From assembly GCA_951406725.2 (NCBI GenBank), contig OX597829.1, positions 39,990,001 to 40,054,000 on the forward strand: a stretch of DNA of 64,000 bases, in the 5' to 3' direction. The DNA comes from Octopus vulgaris (taxonomy: Eukaryota). Of this stretch, positions 11,157 through 26,614 are shown one piece after another (position 1 is the stretch's first letter; each line of letters starts with the position of its first letter). Position numbers and translations under genes: made by a program. The notes beneath the pieces were generated by a model. The model saw only the letters and a program-made list of their open reading frames with translations. It did no database searches and was not told where the DNA came from.

Positions 11157-12498
11157 TATGGCAAGTGGTTATAAAAATCCTAAAAAAAAGAAGGGCTGGT
11201 GAATATGCTTTGTTTGATGAAAAATGGACAGAGCTTTATTTTTTTTTTTTATTGAAATAAGTAACAAGTGTATTTGTCTTATTTGCAACGAACAAGTAGA
11301 CATTCATAATATTGAGAGGTATTTTGTGAGTAAGCATAAGACCTATGAAAATCTGAAAGAATTTGAACGTTTGGACAAGATAGCCTCTTTGAAAGAAAAA
11401 CATAACGATGATGAATTCGTGAAAGAATGCATCATTACTGCTGTTGAGAATATATACCCGGAAAAAACTTAATTTGTTTGGAAATATTAGCTTATGAAGA
11501 ACTGTTTTTGTTTTTATTAAAGATATTGCTGATGACATTCAAAATTCTCTAAAATCTGAATCAGCAGAATTTGTATTGTATTCATTAGGCGCAGGAATTG
11601 GCTGTGTGGTAAGTAGCTTGCTTACCAACCACATGGTTCCTGGTTCAGTCCCTCTGCGTGGCACCTTGGGCAAGTGTCTTCTACCATAGCCTCGGGCCGA
11701 TCAAAGCCTTGTGAGTGGATTTGGTAGACGGAAACTGAAAGAAGCCCGTCATATATATGTATATATATGTGTCTGTGTTTGTCCCCCCTACATCGCTTGA
11801 CAACCGATGCTGGTATGTTTACGTCCCTGTAACTTAGCGGTTCAGCAAAAGAGACCGATAGAATAAGTACTAGGCTTACAAAGAATAAGTCCTGGGGGTT
11901 GATTTGTTTGACTAAAGGTGGTGCTCCATCATGGCCGCAGTCAAATGACTGAAACAAGTAAAAGAGTATTAGCTATTGATGAGACAACTGATCTGTATAA
12001 TACTGCTCAGATGGCAATATTTATACGTGGAATAACTGCAGAATTCAACATTCGGGAAGAATTTCTTGCCTTGAAATCAATGCGTGGAACAACTAGAGTT
12101 GAAGATTTACTTCAAATAGTCGACTCAACCTTGAAAGATTTTGATTTATCGTATGAAAAAATGAGTTGTCTTGCTACAGACGGCACTCCATCTATGGTAG
12201 GTCATGAAAAAGGGTTCGTAGCTCTGATTAACAATGAATTTAAGAAGCGTCTTTTGGATCCGGAAATTTTAATTGTGTGTCTCTGCTTTATTCATATGGA
12301 AAGTTTGAGTGCAAAATCTCTCAAGATGAACAATGTAATGAAAGTTGTAACTAAGGCTGTTAAATTGGATAAAAAGCAAAGGGTTGAATAATAGGGAATT
12401 TAAAGAATTTTTGAAAGATCTTGAAACCGAATATGGGGATTTATTGTACCATTGTGAAGTCAGGTGGTTAAGTAAGGCCCAAATGCTTAAGCAATTTT
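11157..12498 (+). mobile_element. Degenerate hAT (Buster/Charlie, GTF2IRD2-like) transposase
   Basis: CLICNE..H zinc finger, YSLAIDETTD (D1), LATDGTPSMVG (D2), CFIH (CxxH), LLYHCEVRWLS. Frameshifted, split by SINE A and truncated by a Penelope insertion. Confidence 0.9.
11588..11967 (+). mobile_element. SINE A inserted in the hAT transposase
   Basis: Full copy with TSD ATTAG (11584-11588 / 11968-11972). Removing it restores ...VLYSLAIDE. Confidence 0.93.
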
Positions 12499-13862
<1,364 letters not shown>

Positions 13863-13940
13863 CAGACAGACACACACACACACACATACATACATCATGT
13901 GTATATATATGCATATATGTATATTTGTGTGTGTGTGTAT

Positions 13941-14355
13941 GTTATGTTAAGTTAATTTTTTGGTTCAAAAAGCAAAAAGCAAGGCCATGTAGGGGGACAT
14001 GGAGTTATGTACAGGGAGGGTGTTCATGCAAAGAGTTCAGGCCATTTCTGGTCAAGAGAGACTTTGAACCGAGCGGTCGTCGGCATCTTCACTATCTCGT
14101 CCGGCAGCTTATTCCACGGATCCGCAACCCGGGCGGAGAAGCCCCTCTCCTTCGATTGAGATGAAATCGTCGCAGATAGTGCTTTTCGGAGTAACCCCGC
14201 GGCCGACGCTCTGGAGCAGATCTTTCGAGAGGTTACACTTTCCGCTTATGATGTTGTGTGCAAGAATGAGATCACCACGGCGTCGTCGTTTTTCTAGAGA
14301 ATAAAGGTCGAGCGTCTTCAGCCTTTCTTCATAAGACAAATGCTTGAGACCAAGA
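13941..14355 (-). mobile_element. CR1/L2 LINE 3' fragment (same family as 474-1040)
   Basis: [25 protein letters not shown] plus matching 3' UTR. Confidence 0.92.
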
Positions 14356-14409
<54 letters not shown>

Positions 14410-14484
14410 ATGTAGCCATTTGTATAATATATAAAGTTGTGACCTCCAGGCTGTACCACCACTCCATCAACACTGTTTCCTACC

Positions 14485-14628
14485 TACCACCGCCATCACC
14501 AGCACCACCACCACACCACAAGCACCAACACCACTACCACCAATACCACCGCTGCCGCCGCCACCACCACCAATACCACCACCATCACCACCAATACTAC
14601 TACAGCAACTACGACGGCAACGACGATG

Positions 14629-14664
<36 letters not shown>

Positions 14665-14692
14665 GGTGCTGCTGCTGCTACTGCTGCTGCTG

Positions 14693-14732
<40 letters not shown>

Positions 14733-14740
14733 CATTATTA
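14485..14740. repeat. Compound (CCA)/(CTA)/(CTG) trinucleotide repeats
   Basis: Direct inspection. Confidence 0.9.
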
Positions 14741-15099
14741 CTCTCACTCTTTCACTTCCTCTGTCTTCTACTCATTCCTCTCCCCTTAACTCAGTCTCCT
14801 TTCCGCTACGAATGTCTGGATGTCTGGAACGATTATCCATCTCCAGTGAAGTGTAATTGTGTATAAACTGTACTTCCTCCTCAGAAAGAATATGATATTA
14901 CAATTTCAAATGTACAAAAGAGACCCATCCTCATTGAATATTTTAAGGGATTCCGATGCTAAGCTCCCGATGCTAAATTGGTACTTTGGTAATAATGACA
15001 TTCCATCCATCCAGCACAGGAAAATACCAATTAATAACAAACAACATCCAAGTTTTGACCTACCCAGACTCATACATCACCTTTAAACTGCACCTTCTG

Positions 15100-15323
15100 G
15101 TTTCCCTCTCTCTCTCTCTCTCTTTCTCTCTTTCCTTTTCTCTCTCCCTCTCTCTCTCTCGCTTTCTTTTTCTTTCCTTTCTTTCTCTCTCTCTTTCTCT
15201 CTTTCCTTTTCTCTCTCCCTCTCTCTCTCTCGCTTTCTTTTTCTTTCCTTTCTTTCTCTCTCTCTTTCTCTCTTTCCTTTTCTCTCTCCCTCTCTCACTC
15301 CTCTCTCGCTTTCTTTTTCTTTC

Positions 15324-15357
<34 letters not shown>

Positions 15358-15560
15358 TTCCTTTTCTCTCTCCCTCTCTCTCACTCCTCTCTCGCTTTCT
15401 TTTTCTTTCCTTTCTCTCTCTCTCTTTCTCTCTTTCCTTTTCTCTCTCCTTCTCTCACTCCTCTCTCTGGCTTTCTTTTTCTTTCCTTTCTCTCTCTCTC
15501 TCTCTTTCACTCTTTCCTTTTCCCTCTCCTTTCACTTTCCCCCTCCCTCTCTCTCCTCTA
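15100..15560. repeat. Polypyrimidine (CT-rich) minisatellite
   Basis: Unit CTTTCCTTTTCTCTCTCCCTCTCTC..CTCGCTTTCTTTTTCTTTCC recurs about every 60-70 bp. Confidence 0.9.
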
Positions 15561-16011
15561 TTGCAGTTTTTCTTTTTTCCTGTCATTTTTTAAAATATTT
15601 TTCTCAGTCTGCCCCACCTCACCATCCTTCCCTTCAGCCTTTCCTTTCTCTCACGCCCTCCTTCTCTCTCTCTCTCTTAATCACTACCCTCTCTACCTCA
15701 ACCTCTTCCCCTCTCTCTCAGTCTTTAGTATTTTACTGTCACTATTTAAAATGCAAATGACAGACTCAAGGACATTTAAGATTTCATAAATATCTGTTTA
15801 AATATATATATATATATATATACAGAATGCCACGCATCCATTTCCATGTAAGTTTATATGTGTGTATGTATATATATATATATATATATATATAAATATA
15901 TATATATACATACACACACATATACATACATGTATATATATACTCACACACATGCACATACATACATATATATATATTTATAAATATATACATATACACA
16001 CGTACATATAT

Positions 16012-17345
16012 CATCATCATCATCGTTTAACGTCCGCTTTCCATGCTAGCATGGGTTGGATGATTTTGACTGAAGGCTGGCGAACCAGATGGCTGCACCA
16101 GGCTCCAATCTTGATTTGGCAGAGTTTCTACAGCTGGATGCCCTTCCTAATGCCAACCACTCTGAGAGTGTAGTGGGTGCTTTTTACGTGCCACCGGCAT
16201 GGGCACCAGTCAGGCAGTACTGGCAATGACCTCGCCTGAATCTTTTTACACATGCCACCGGCACAGGTGCCAGTAAGTTGACGCTCGAATGGTGTCCTTA
16301 TATGTGCCACCGGCACAGAAGCCAGTTGGCTTTTCTGGCAACGATCACGCTTGGATGGGGCTCTTGGCACCCTACTAGCACGGGCACAAGTGCCAGTAAG
16401 GCGATGCTGGTAAAGATCACACTCGAATTGTGCCCTTTTATGTGTCACTGGCACGGAAGCCAGTTAGCTGCTCTGTCAAACGATCACACTCGTATGATGC
16501 TCTTTGCACCCCGCTAGCACGGATGCCAGTCATTGAACTTGATTTCGATTTCACTTGCCTCAACAGGTCTTCGCAAGCAGAGTTTAGTGACCAAAGAAGA
16601 AAAGGGTATACATAAGCGGGCTGGTTATGCTCCTGGCATAGGCCACAAGTTATGGTCTCATTTCGCTTGCTGGGTCTTCTCAAGTACAGCATATTTCCAA
16701 AAGTCTTGGTCGCTAGTCATTTCCTTGGTGAGGCCTAATGTTCGAAGGTCATGCTTAACCACTGCATCCCAGGTCTTCCTGGGTCTACCTCTTCCACAAG
16801 TTCCCTCAACTGCTAGGGTGTGGCACTTTTTCACACAGCTATCCTCATCCATTCTCGCCACATGACCATACCAGCGCAGTCGTCTCTCTTGCATACCACA
16901 TCTAATGCTTCTTAGGTCCAACTTTTCTCTCAAGGTACTTACACTCTGTCGAGTATGAGTACTGACATTACACATCCATCAGATCATACTGGCTTCATTC
17001 TTTGTGAGCTTACGTATGTCCTCAGCAGTCACAGCCCATGTTTCACTGCCATGTAGCATGGCTGTTCGTACACATGCATCATACAGTCTACCTTTTACTC
17101 TGAGCGAGAGGCCCTTTGTCACCAGCAGAGGTAAGAGCTCTCTGAACTTTGCCCAAGCTATTTTTATTCTAGCCGCTACACTTTCAGCGCATCCTCCTCC
17201 ACTACTGACTTGGTCACCTAGATAACGGAAGCTGTCAACTACTTCTAGTTTTCCTCCCTGGAATGTGGCGGAAGTTGGTCTCTGTGCATTTTCAGTGTTT
17301 ATTGCTCCCGAGCATCTGTTATATACAAAAACTATCTTCCCATAT
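16012..17345 (-). mobile_element. RTE-clade LINE, 3' portion (ORF C-terminus, repetitive 3' UTR, (GAT)n tail)
   Basis: LEVVDSFRYLG...MLHGSETW...RRLRWYGHVARM...GRGRPRKTW. The UTR has GTGCCGGTGGCAC repeats and ends GCATGGAAAGCGGACGTTAAACGATGATG. Confidence 0.92.
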
Positions 17346-17399
17346 TATCATCATCATCATCATTTAACATCTGCCCTCCATGCTAGCATTGATAGGGAA

Positions 17400-18060
17400 C
17401 GATGAATATACTGCCATCTAAATTACACAAAATTGAAAATAACACTGACATCTCATTTTAACAGATATATTTACCAAACTTACAGAAAAATATCTAAAAA
17501 GTAAATACTAAAACGTAAATTTATTCAATAAAATCACCATTTGCTTCAACAACAACCTCCAGACAATTTCAGAATCTCCTGCAACTCTTCTGGATAGTCT
17601 CCTTGTTTAAGTTGGTGAATACTGCCAAAATCCTTGTCTTCAATTCATCTTTGGTGTTACAAGGAGTTTTGGTCTCTTGCTCAACTGCACCCCACACATA
17701 ATAATCCAGGGGATTGCAGTGTGGGGAGTTAGGCGGCCAGATGTCAGGGGTAATGTGGTCGCAGAAACTGTCCGATAGCCATAACTGAGTTCTCCTGCTT
17801 GTGTGGCATGGTGCATAGTCCTGTTGCCAGATGTAGGGTCTTCCAGCAGCAACCCTCTCCTCCCAGGGCAGCACTACCACCTCCAGGCACTTGATGTGGG
17901 CCTCTGTGTTGAGTCTGAGGCTGTGTGGGAAGATGAATGGTGGCATAATGTCACCATCACTAGTGATCATTCCAAACACCATGATGTTGGCTGGATGTTT
18001 GATTTTTATCACTCTTGGTACATGGTTTGGGGACACTGAAAGCCAATGGTTGTTCTATGT
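17400..18060 (-). mobile_element. Tc1/mariner maT (DD37D) transposase relic
   Basis: QQDYAPCH...WPPNSPHCNPLDYYVWG, with 37 residues between the second and third D. Confidence 0.88.
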
Positions 18061-18357
18061 ATTCACCATCTGTTCGTATTGGAGCTTCCAGTGTGAATGC
18101 CAAGTAATACAGCATGTCATTTCCAAATTTCTAGCAGAGTGGATTGAGTCATGGTGTTGTTACTCTCACAGACAGTGCCCAACTGATCCTACTATACTGT
18201 GTAGTCATAAAAATCAAGACCAAATAATACACATGCACGAAATTAAAAATATAAAATGGTGACAATTTTGCCATCGCAACCTGTATATATATATATGTGC
18301 ATATGTGTATGTGTGTGTGTACGTGTGCATACATATATGCATATGTATGTATGTATA

Positions 18358-18406
<49 letters not shown>

Positions 18407-18458
18407 CGTTATTATTATATATTTATATGTATGTATTACATATATACATGTATGTATG

Positions 18459-18500
<42 letters not shown>

Positions 18501-18524
18501 CATACATACATGTATGTATGTATG

Positions 18525-18555
<31 letters not shown>

Positions 18556-18764
18556 GTATGTGTGTGTGTGTGTATATATGTGTGTGTGTGTACATGTGTG
18601 TGTATGCATCATGATATACAAAATAATGCATTTATAAATATTAGTTGTTTACATCTGTCTATCTACCTATATATATATATCATGCCAGCATGGAAAACGG
18701 ATGTTAAATGATGATGACGTATACATATATATATCAAGGTTCACACACAATCACATGCACATGC

Positions 18765-18839
<75 letters not shown>

Positions 18840-18914
18840 TGCAGACATACATATATACATGTGTACATAAATACATATATGTATGAGTGTGTGAGTGAGT
18901 ATGATGTGTGTATA

Positions 18915-18971
<57 letters not shown>

Positions 18972-19387
18972 GTGTGTGTGTGTGAGGGTATGTGTATATA
19001 TGTAAGTATGTGTGAACATTTGGGGAAATATATCTAAATACTTTCATAACAACATTCAGCCACTCCCTGTCACTGAAAGAGCTTGCCACACCTCATTCCA
19101 GTAAACTCCAGCTGTTCAAGACAACAACAGAGTCCTCCCTGTGGTCGCTGAAGCTACTAGAAATAGCAGCCAAATCTCCCTTAGATCGTACAAACCTACC
19201 TGCTTATAGCAGGAAACGACACATTAGATAATGCAACATTATATAACCCCCTAAAGAGATGGGATAGGTATAGCTGATATGTTCTTTGATCATAGGTTTG
19301 CTTCATCAAAACTGAACCTGGGGCTAAACAAAAGCAACAATGACAACAACAACAGCAACAAACGGATTCAAAATTAAGCAGGCAGAC

Positions 19388-19619
<232 letters not shown>

Positions 19620-19624
19620 ATATA

Positions 19625-19668
<44 letters not shown>

Positions 19669-19865
19669 TATATGTGTGTATATATTTATATGTATATATA
19701 TATATGTACATGTTTATATACACATACACGCATACACACACATATACATATGCAAACATATAAAGAGAGATAAATAAAGATGGAAAGAGAGGAAGAAAAA
19801 GAGAGAGAGGGGGGAAACAAGACACACATTTCTACATTTGCATCTTAATTCACATTCATGTGCGC

Positions 19866-19904
<39 letters not shown>

Positions 19905-19911
19905 AACAGAG

Positions 19912-20165
19912 GCATGGCTGTGTGACTAAGAAGTTCATTTTGAAGGCACGTAGTTGTAGGTTCAATCTGATTCTGTACCATCTTGGGCATCTAGCTGCCT
20001 TCTATTATAGCTTTGGGCCAACCAAAGTCTTCTGAGTAGATTCCACAAAAGAGACCCAATAGAAATAAGTACCAGGCTTAAAAATTAATTGATTTGTTTA
20101 ACTAAAAATTCTTCAATGTGGTGCCCCAGCATGGCCACAGTCTAATGACTGAAATGAATATTAGA
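19912..20165 (+). mobile_element. Degraded SINE A-related copy
   Basis: Head, CTTGGGCA block and CCAGCATGGCCACAGTC tail are recognisable. Confidence 0.7.
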
Positions 20166-21117
20166 TAAAATACAGTATTATTGTTGTCTCTGCTCCAATA
20201 TTCATAGCATGAGGCTCATCTCTGTAACATTGGATTTTATTTTTCTAATTTCTAAATATTGTTCTAATGTTTTTTTCATGCAAAAACACAAAATTAAAAG
20301 AAACCTGATTTTATTTTTCAATCCAAAACATCGAAATTACCGGAAGTAGACATAGACATATTTTTAAATGCATGAACTCATAGGCATACATATGCACACA
20401 CACACACACATGCGCACACTCACACACACATGCACACGCATGCACACACACATGCACGAGCACACACACACACACACACACACACACTTATATATTTAGA
20501 TTTTCAAAGACCCTTTTATCTTCCTTCTGGCACTTTAAGAAAAAGAACAAAAACAGGAAAAAAAACGGAAAAAAAAGAAAAAAAGAGAAAAAAAAACAAA
20601 AGTGCTCTCAGTGATGACCACACCCCATCCTAGAACTGACTTCTTGGAGAAGTGACCATCCTTGAACTCATTTCTAAAAAAAGGTAAATGACTAAATAAA
20701 TGAATAAATAAATGAATGGAAGTCAAAATTGAAGGGAGGTCCCTCCCTCCTCCCCCTCTCTCTACTTATCTATCTGTCTATCTGTTTGTCTATCTATCTA
20801 TCTACCTATCTGTCTATTTCCATTGTCCTGGAACCTCACCCAAAAGAAACAAAATGTTCTATTCTTCTAAACAAAACAAACAAATATCTGTTTTATATAA
20901 ATAAACAACCTGTTTGTACATTCACAAAAAAATTTCATTTGACAGGTTAAAAAAACAAACAAAAGCGATAATAATAATGATGAAATAAGAAAAACTCTTT
21001 TTCCAAAATTCTGGCGACCTCCTTTTTTCTCAATATTCAATATCTGCACACCACTTGATCACTAAAACCAACACATTTTTTTTATTTTTATTCTCTCTCT
21101 GTTTATTTCCTCTTATT

Positions 21118-21155
21118 TCTTTCTGTTGAAGAGCAAAGGTTCGAAATGTTAAAGA
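21118..21155 (+). ncRNA. Degenerate minimal type I hammerhead motif in a PLE-type terminal repeat
   Basis: TCTTT-CTGTTGA-A-GAGC aaag GTTC-GAAA-TG-TT-AAAGA. Stems I and II pair; the core carries A6U. A related copy with a deletion lies at ~50540-50570. Confidence 0.55.
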
Positions 21156-21221
21156 CTTTGTCACTTCCCCAAGTGTCAAACTAATATACCTGTCTTTGTC
21201 TTTTGTTTTTCTGCAAATTTC

Positions 21222-21257
<36 letters not shown>

Positions 21258-21379
21258 TAGTGATTTCAGATTACAAGCAAGAAGAATTCTAAGAAGCAAG
21301 CCAGTTTGGAAAAGAAGGACCAGGAAGCTTAAGAATTCTCTGAATTGTCTGAGATTTCGATTTGTTCTAACTGAAGCAT

Positions 21380-22310
21380 TTAATGAGAAGGAGAAGTTAT
21401 AGATATGTAGCATAGAGGATAACTATAAGTTCCTACAAGACAACTTACTTAGAGCCACAGACCAAATTTGTGGGTGGTGCAAAGTCCCAACCAGACCTAG
21501 GATGACATGGTAGAAAGCGATGTGAGGACCAGCAGCTTGAAGTGTTTTGGCTTGCTAGACAACAGTATGTCAGAGAAAATAGCAATGTTGTTGAAGAAAA
21601 GTGCATTCACATGAATGATGGTTCATTTGCAGTTAGTAACTCTGTGAAGAAAGAGTCTTGGAAGTGCCACTATGAAAGGCTGCTAAATGTAGAGAACTTG
21701 TGGAAGAAGGAGAGGTTGCCTAATGTGGACCCAACAGAGGGACCAGCAATCCAAATAGACAGTAGTTTGTTAGATAAAGCCATAAAGGATATGAAGATGA
21801 AGAAAGCTCCTGGCCCATCAGGAATCACTGCTGAGATGCATAAATATCTAGTGGTGTGGACTATGGCCTCATTGCCCATATGGTCAATCAGGTCGTACAT
21901 ATGGGAGTCATACCCAATGACTAGTGTAGCAGCACAATAGTCAACTGATACAAAGGCAAAAGCTATGTCTTAGACAGAAATAATTACAGAGCTATAAGAC
22001 TGTTTGGTCTGGTGATGAAAGTTATGGAGAGGGTTGTAGCCCAGCTAATTAGTAAGAGAGTTAGTCTAGACGAGATTCAGTTTGGTTTTTGTGTCAAGGA
22101 GAAACACCAATATATTCCTGGTAAGGCAGCTGCAGAAGTATCTAGCCAAAAATAAACCTCTGTGCTAGACTTTTGGTGACATGGAGAAAGCCTTTGACAG
22201 TGTCCCCTGCTCTCTTATCTGGTGATATAAGGATGGAAATCTGTAGAAGCCATGTACAGGGATGCTGTCAGTAAAGTGAGGAATGACAAGTATAGTGATG
22301 AATTCAGTGT
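21380..22310 (+). mobile_element. RTE-clade LINE RT relic
   Basis: WKCHYERLLNVE...KKAPGPSGITAEM, NYRAIRL, IQFGF, DMEKAFDSVP; stops and frameshifts. Confidence 0.88.
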
Positions 22311-22411
<101 letters not shown>

Positions 22412-22434
22412 GTGGATGGATGGATGGATGAATG

Positions 22435-22492
<58 letters not shown>

Positions 22493-24063
22493 CAGGTAGA
22501 CAAACAGACAGACACAAAGGCATACACTGATACATACATTAAACAAGTTATGCATCTGTACGTATTGTGCAAGAAAACATCAGTAACATTGACAGGATTA
22601 GTACCCTCTTCTGGACCTGTGATAAATACATCAAATCATGCCAGAAGACAGTTGCTAAAAACCTGGTCAACTAGAGAGATCAAGAATGCGTTTAGTCCTT
22701 CATATTGTCATAGAAAATACTGATTGTACTGTGCCAGTGGCACTTAAAGGGCACCATTTAAGCATGATCATTACCAGCGTATAGATTTTTATTTTATCAA
22801 TTATCACAGGTGTGTTAGGCTATACAACAACAGATTTAGTTAAAAGCAGGGAAAATATGCGGTTCTCCAAGAAAGAATAAAGTAAACTGATTCTCTTTTA
22901 ATAAACACAATCGGTTAATAGTACTGGGAAAATTTGTATAAAATTCTAGGGATTATCTATTTGAGGTCCATGGACTGAACATGCATACAAAATCACATGT
23001 GCATGTAGAATCCACATACATGCATATCCATGAGCAGTAATAAGACACAGACACTTGTGAACTAAGGTGACATGCATATTCTTTATGCTAGTGCAAATTT
23101 ATTCGTGTGTATATACATAGTCACTTATACACATATAGATATATGCACATACTAATCAGTTCACACAAAAGAGCTGTCTTGGATTACACAAAAGAGTGAA
23201 TCTTATAGTGCAACAGCTAAAAGAAAACTTAAATAATCCCAAAGAAAAACATTTATAAAGATTGGTAGGACAAACAAAAGAAATAGAATTCAACAGAATG
23301 GAGTAAAACATGTATGAATCATTTTATTAATTAGTTGTAAAGCTACATAAGTGTTTCAAAGGTCGAGAGTTTCCTGTGTTGACATGTTGATATGTTCAAT
23401 CAACAAAATTCTCAGACCTTGGATCATATATATAGCTTTGCAACGAAATAATAAGGTATGTTTGCATATATAAATGTAAATGTGAGTGTTTGTATGTGTA
23501 TCATACTAGCAACATGAAAATGATAGATTATTAGTAAAATTACACTGAACTTAATGATAATGGATACCCTCAAGATGTTGATGTTTTTCTCCATCAATTA
23601 TCTCAAAAAAAAATGCTAACTAGTGCATTTGGCTGCACTCAAATACAAAGTAAACAGAAATGACAAAGTAAACAGGATGTTGGATTGCCCTAACTCAACT
23701 AACCAATAACCTTATATATTTTCTTTCTTTTAATTATATCTTGTTTTAATTATTGTGTACTTTTAAGATTATTTCTGTGCAGATATGTGTAAGATTATGC
23801 ATATACACATGAGTCAGCATATGCATCTACATTTATATAAATGTATGTATGATTATGTACATATAAATATTTGTGTGCGAGTATGTATATATGCATATGT
23901 ATTTATTACCATTGGTAATTGACAGAAGTTACAAAGTGGCTCAAGAGAAAGAGTTTTGTGCATTGATACTTATCATTTTAATAAGTGCCAATGCATGAAA
24001 CCCTCAACCTTTGAGTCACTCTGCAACTTCTGCCAATTATTATTATTATTATTAGTTTTATTA

Positions 24064-24347
24064 AGTCAAAATTAAAAGAAGAGTGCCATTGTTATTTAAT
24101 GAAGGATATTTTGACATCTTGTATGTCTTCAACAGGTTCAAAAAATAAATTTGTCAATCTACTTAATTTTGGTTAATATATAAAGGATTGAGGTAACTCC
24201 TTCTGAAGATATAGAGTCAAAATTAAAAGAAGAGTGCCATTGTCATCTTGTGAACAATATTTCGACATATGGATGACAATGGCACTCTTCTTTAAATTTT
24301 GACTCTATATCTTCTATAGGAGTTACCTCAATCCTTTATATATTAAC
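24064..24347 (-). mobile_element. Retrozyme/PLE-like repeat: 151-nt tandem monomer with hammerhead, plus 76-bp inverted arm
   Basis: Direct repeat at 24064 and 24215 (period 151). Inverted arms 24172-24247 / 24272-24347. Minus-strand HHR motif at ~24100-24140. Confidence 0.7.
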
Positions 24348-24364
24348 TTTATTATTGTTAATAA

Positions 24365-24685
24365 TGAATATATATACTCATGTTTAAGTTCAATTTTCCT
24401 GTTTGCACTAGTTGATCCTTATTCATTTCAGGCATTGTTTAGGCAGCCTTCAGTGAAGCCTTGGTATTGTTGAATAATCTCCCTTTCAACAATGCCCCAA
24501 GTATAGTAGATCATTGCATTTAAATCTGGTGAGTTTGAGGCCACAAGTTTGGTGTTATGTAATCATAAAGTCAGTCTCACATCCATTCATGAATTGCATG
24601 GGTTTTGTAAGAAGTGATGTGTCTTATTGAAACACATATGGCTTTCCACTTCATACTTCATCTATCCAGGTGGTAGGCATTGCTA
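24365..24685 (-). mobile_element. Second maT/Tc1-mariner transposase relic
   Basis: Minus strand ..WP(S)NSPDLNAMIYYTWGIVERE. Confidence 0.7.
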
Positions 24686-24699
24686 GTTTGGGGTAAACT

Positions 24700-25927
24700 C
24701 TACAGGCATCGAAGGGCCATCAGCCAGGCTTGCTTGAGATGTGTGTAGAACAACAAAGTAGTGGTTCTGTGGCATTTTTTACATACCATGCTATGTTGTT
24801 TTCTTCTACTCTAAGGCTATGTTCACATCCAATCAGTCCTCTTCCCCCTTCTTTCTTGGTACATAGTCTCTCTGTGTCATGGGCGGAGTATCCCATATCT
24901 AGTCAGCAATTTCTTTGTCTTTCTGTCTAATCTGCTTAGTTTGTCTACTGTTCATGCGATTACCCTTGCTCCATATCTAAGGAGGTAAACTGCCCAGGTG
25001 TTGATAGCTTCAATCTTATTCCATCTGTTTAATTTCAACTTAAGGATTAGTCTCAGTCTGCACAAGTACTCCACCTTAAATTTTTCTGTCATTTCTTTCT
25101 CCATCAATTTATCCATTTCCAAATTCCCCAAGTACTTATAGCCAGTCTCTTCAATCTGCTACATAACCTCCCCTGACAGTATCGTTAGCCCATCCATACA
25201 TTTGATTTTGTCTTTCTTCAAGACTCACACACCACACTTTTTCAGTCCGAACTCCATTCTGATCTCAGCACTGAAGGTATACACCGTATCAACGAGGGAA
25301 CTGACTTGGGCTTCATCTTTACCATAGAGTTTGAGGTCATCCATGAATAACAAATGGTTGACTTTTTGTTGGTGGGTTTTGAATACACATCCAGCTTTTG
25401 CTTTCCTCAGGATCAGTGTTAGTGGTATCATGCACAGTTCAAAGATCAGTGGGGACATCCAGTCCTCTTGGAAGATGCCCCTCCTGATTTCTACTGTCCT
25501 TAAACTTCTTCTGTATGCTGTCAGGTATATCTTCCAATTTGCCATGCTTTTTCTATGCAATCACTCAACATTCGATGCAATATCAAATAGGTTCATACAT
25601 TCTATAATCCAAGATATCGTATGTCTTACGGTAATCGATCCATGACATGGCTAAGTTAATTTTCGTCCTCTTGCAGTCTCTAAGTACAGTTTTGTCTACC
25701 AAGGAGTTGATCATTAGTACCTCTGCACTTATGCTTGCAACCCTTCTGTTCATATGGCAGGATTCCATTTTCTTCCAGATGTCCGTACATTGACTCTGCG
25801 ACTATTCCAGTCAATAATTTCCACATAAGCGACAAGCAGGATATCACCCTGTAATTGTCTACCACATTGCTTTTATCGATGTTTTCAAAGCACAGTACTG
25901 TCCTACCCATTGTCAAACACTCTGGTG
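24700..25927 (-). mobile_element. R4/Dong-like RLE LINE RT relic (older family)
   Basis: [55 protein letters not shown]. The 5' end abuts (TAA)n. Confidence 0.88.
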
Positions 25928-25944
25928 TTATTATTATTATTATC

Positions 25945-26504
25945 TAATCTGCATGTTTGTTGCAATCACTTGCCGAGACATATCCAGCACCCTAGGACAA
26001 GTCAAGGATAAGAGATATTGAAATATAACTGAAAGCTTGGAGAGGGGAAGTGAGCAGGGTAGTAGGAAAATATTTCTATGTAATACAACACAGACACTTA
26101 AATTGATAGGGTTTTTCTAAGGATGTGGGCAGTACTTGTCAGCACAATCTTTTGGATTTCTGTGAGACATGGTTCTCCTGGGATGTTGTCTAGATGTTTC
26201 TGACATCTCTTTTTTTTATCATACCTAGCTCATCTACAATAACTGGAACAGTTTTTGCTTTAAGATGCTACATCTTTTGTATTGCAGTTTCCTGGTCCTT
26301 ATATCTATTAAGTTTCTCAAATTCCTTTACAGATATATTTTTATCAGTGGGAACACTTACATCTATTAGTCTGTTTTCCTCCTTGTCTTTAATAATTATG
26401 TCTGGTCATTTAGCCTGGATCGTTCTGTCAGTGTTGACTGGAAAATCCCAGAGGATAGTGATATTTTTACCTTCAATGACTAACTCAGGATGTTGTTCAT
26501 ACCA

Positions 26505-26505
<1 letters not shown>
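25945..26505 (-). mobile_element. R4/Dong-like LINE RLE-domain fragment between (TAA)n tracts
   Basis: WYEQHPE...[21 protein letters not shown]...IDVSVP...KYKD-like motifs. Confidence 0.85.
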
Positions 26506-26587
<82 letters not shown>

Positions 26588-26614
26588 TCGTTTAACATTT
26601 GCTTTCCATGCTTA

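Noticed and set aside
20628-20685. Possible small exon (ctag|AACTGAC...AAAG|GTAAAT)
   Set aside because: No polypyrimidine tract and no recognisable coding signal.
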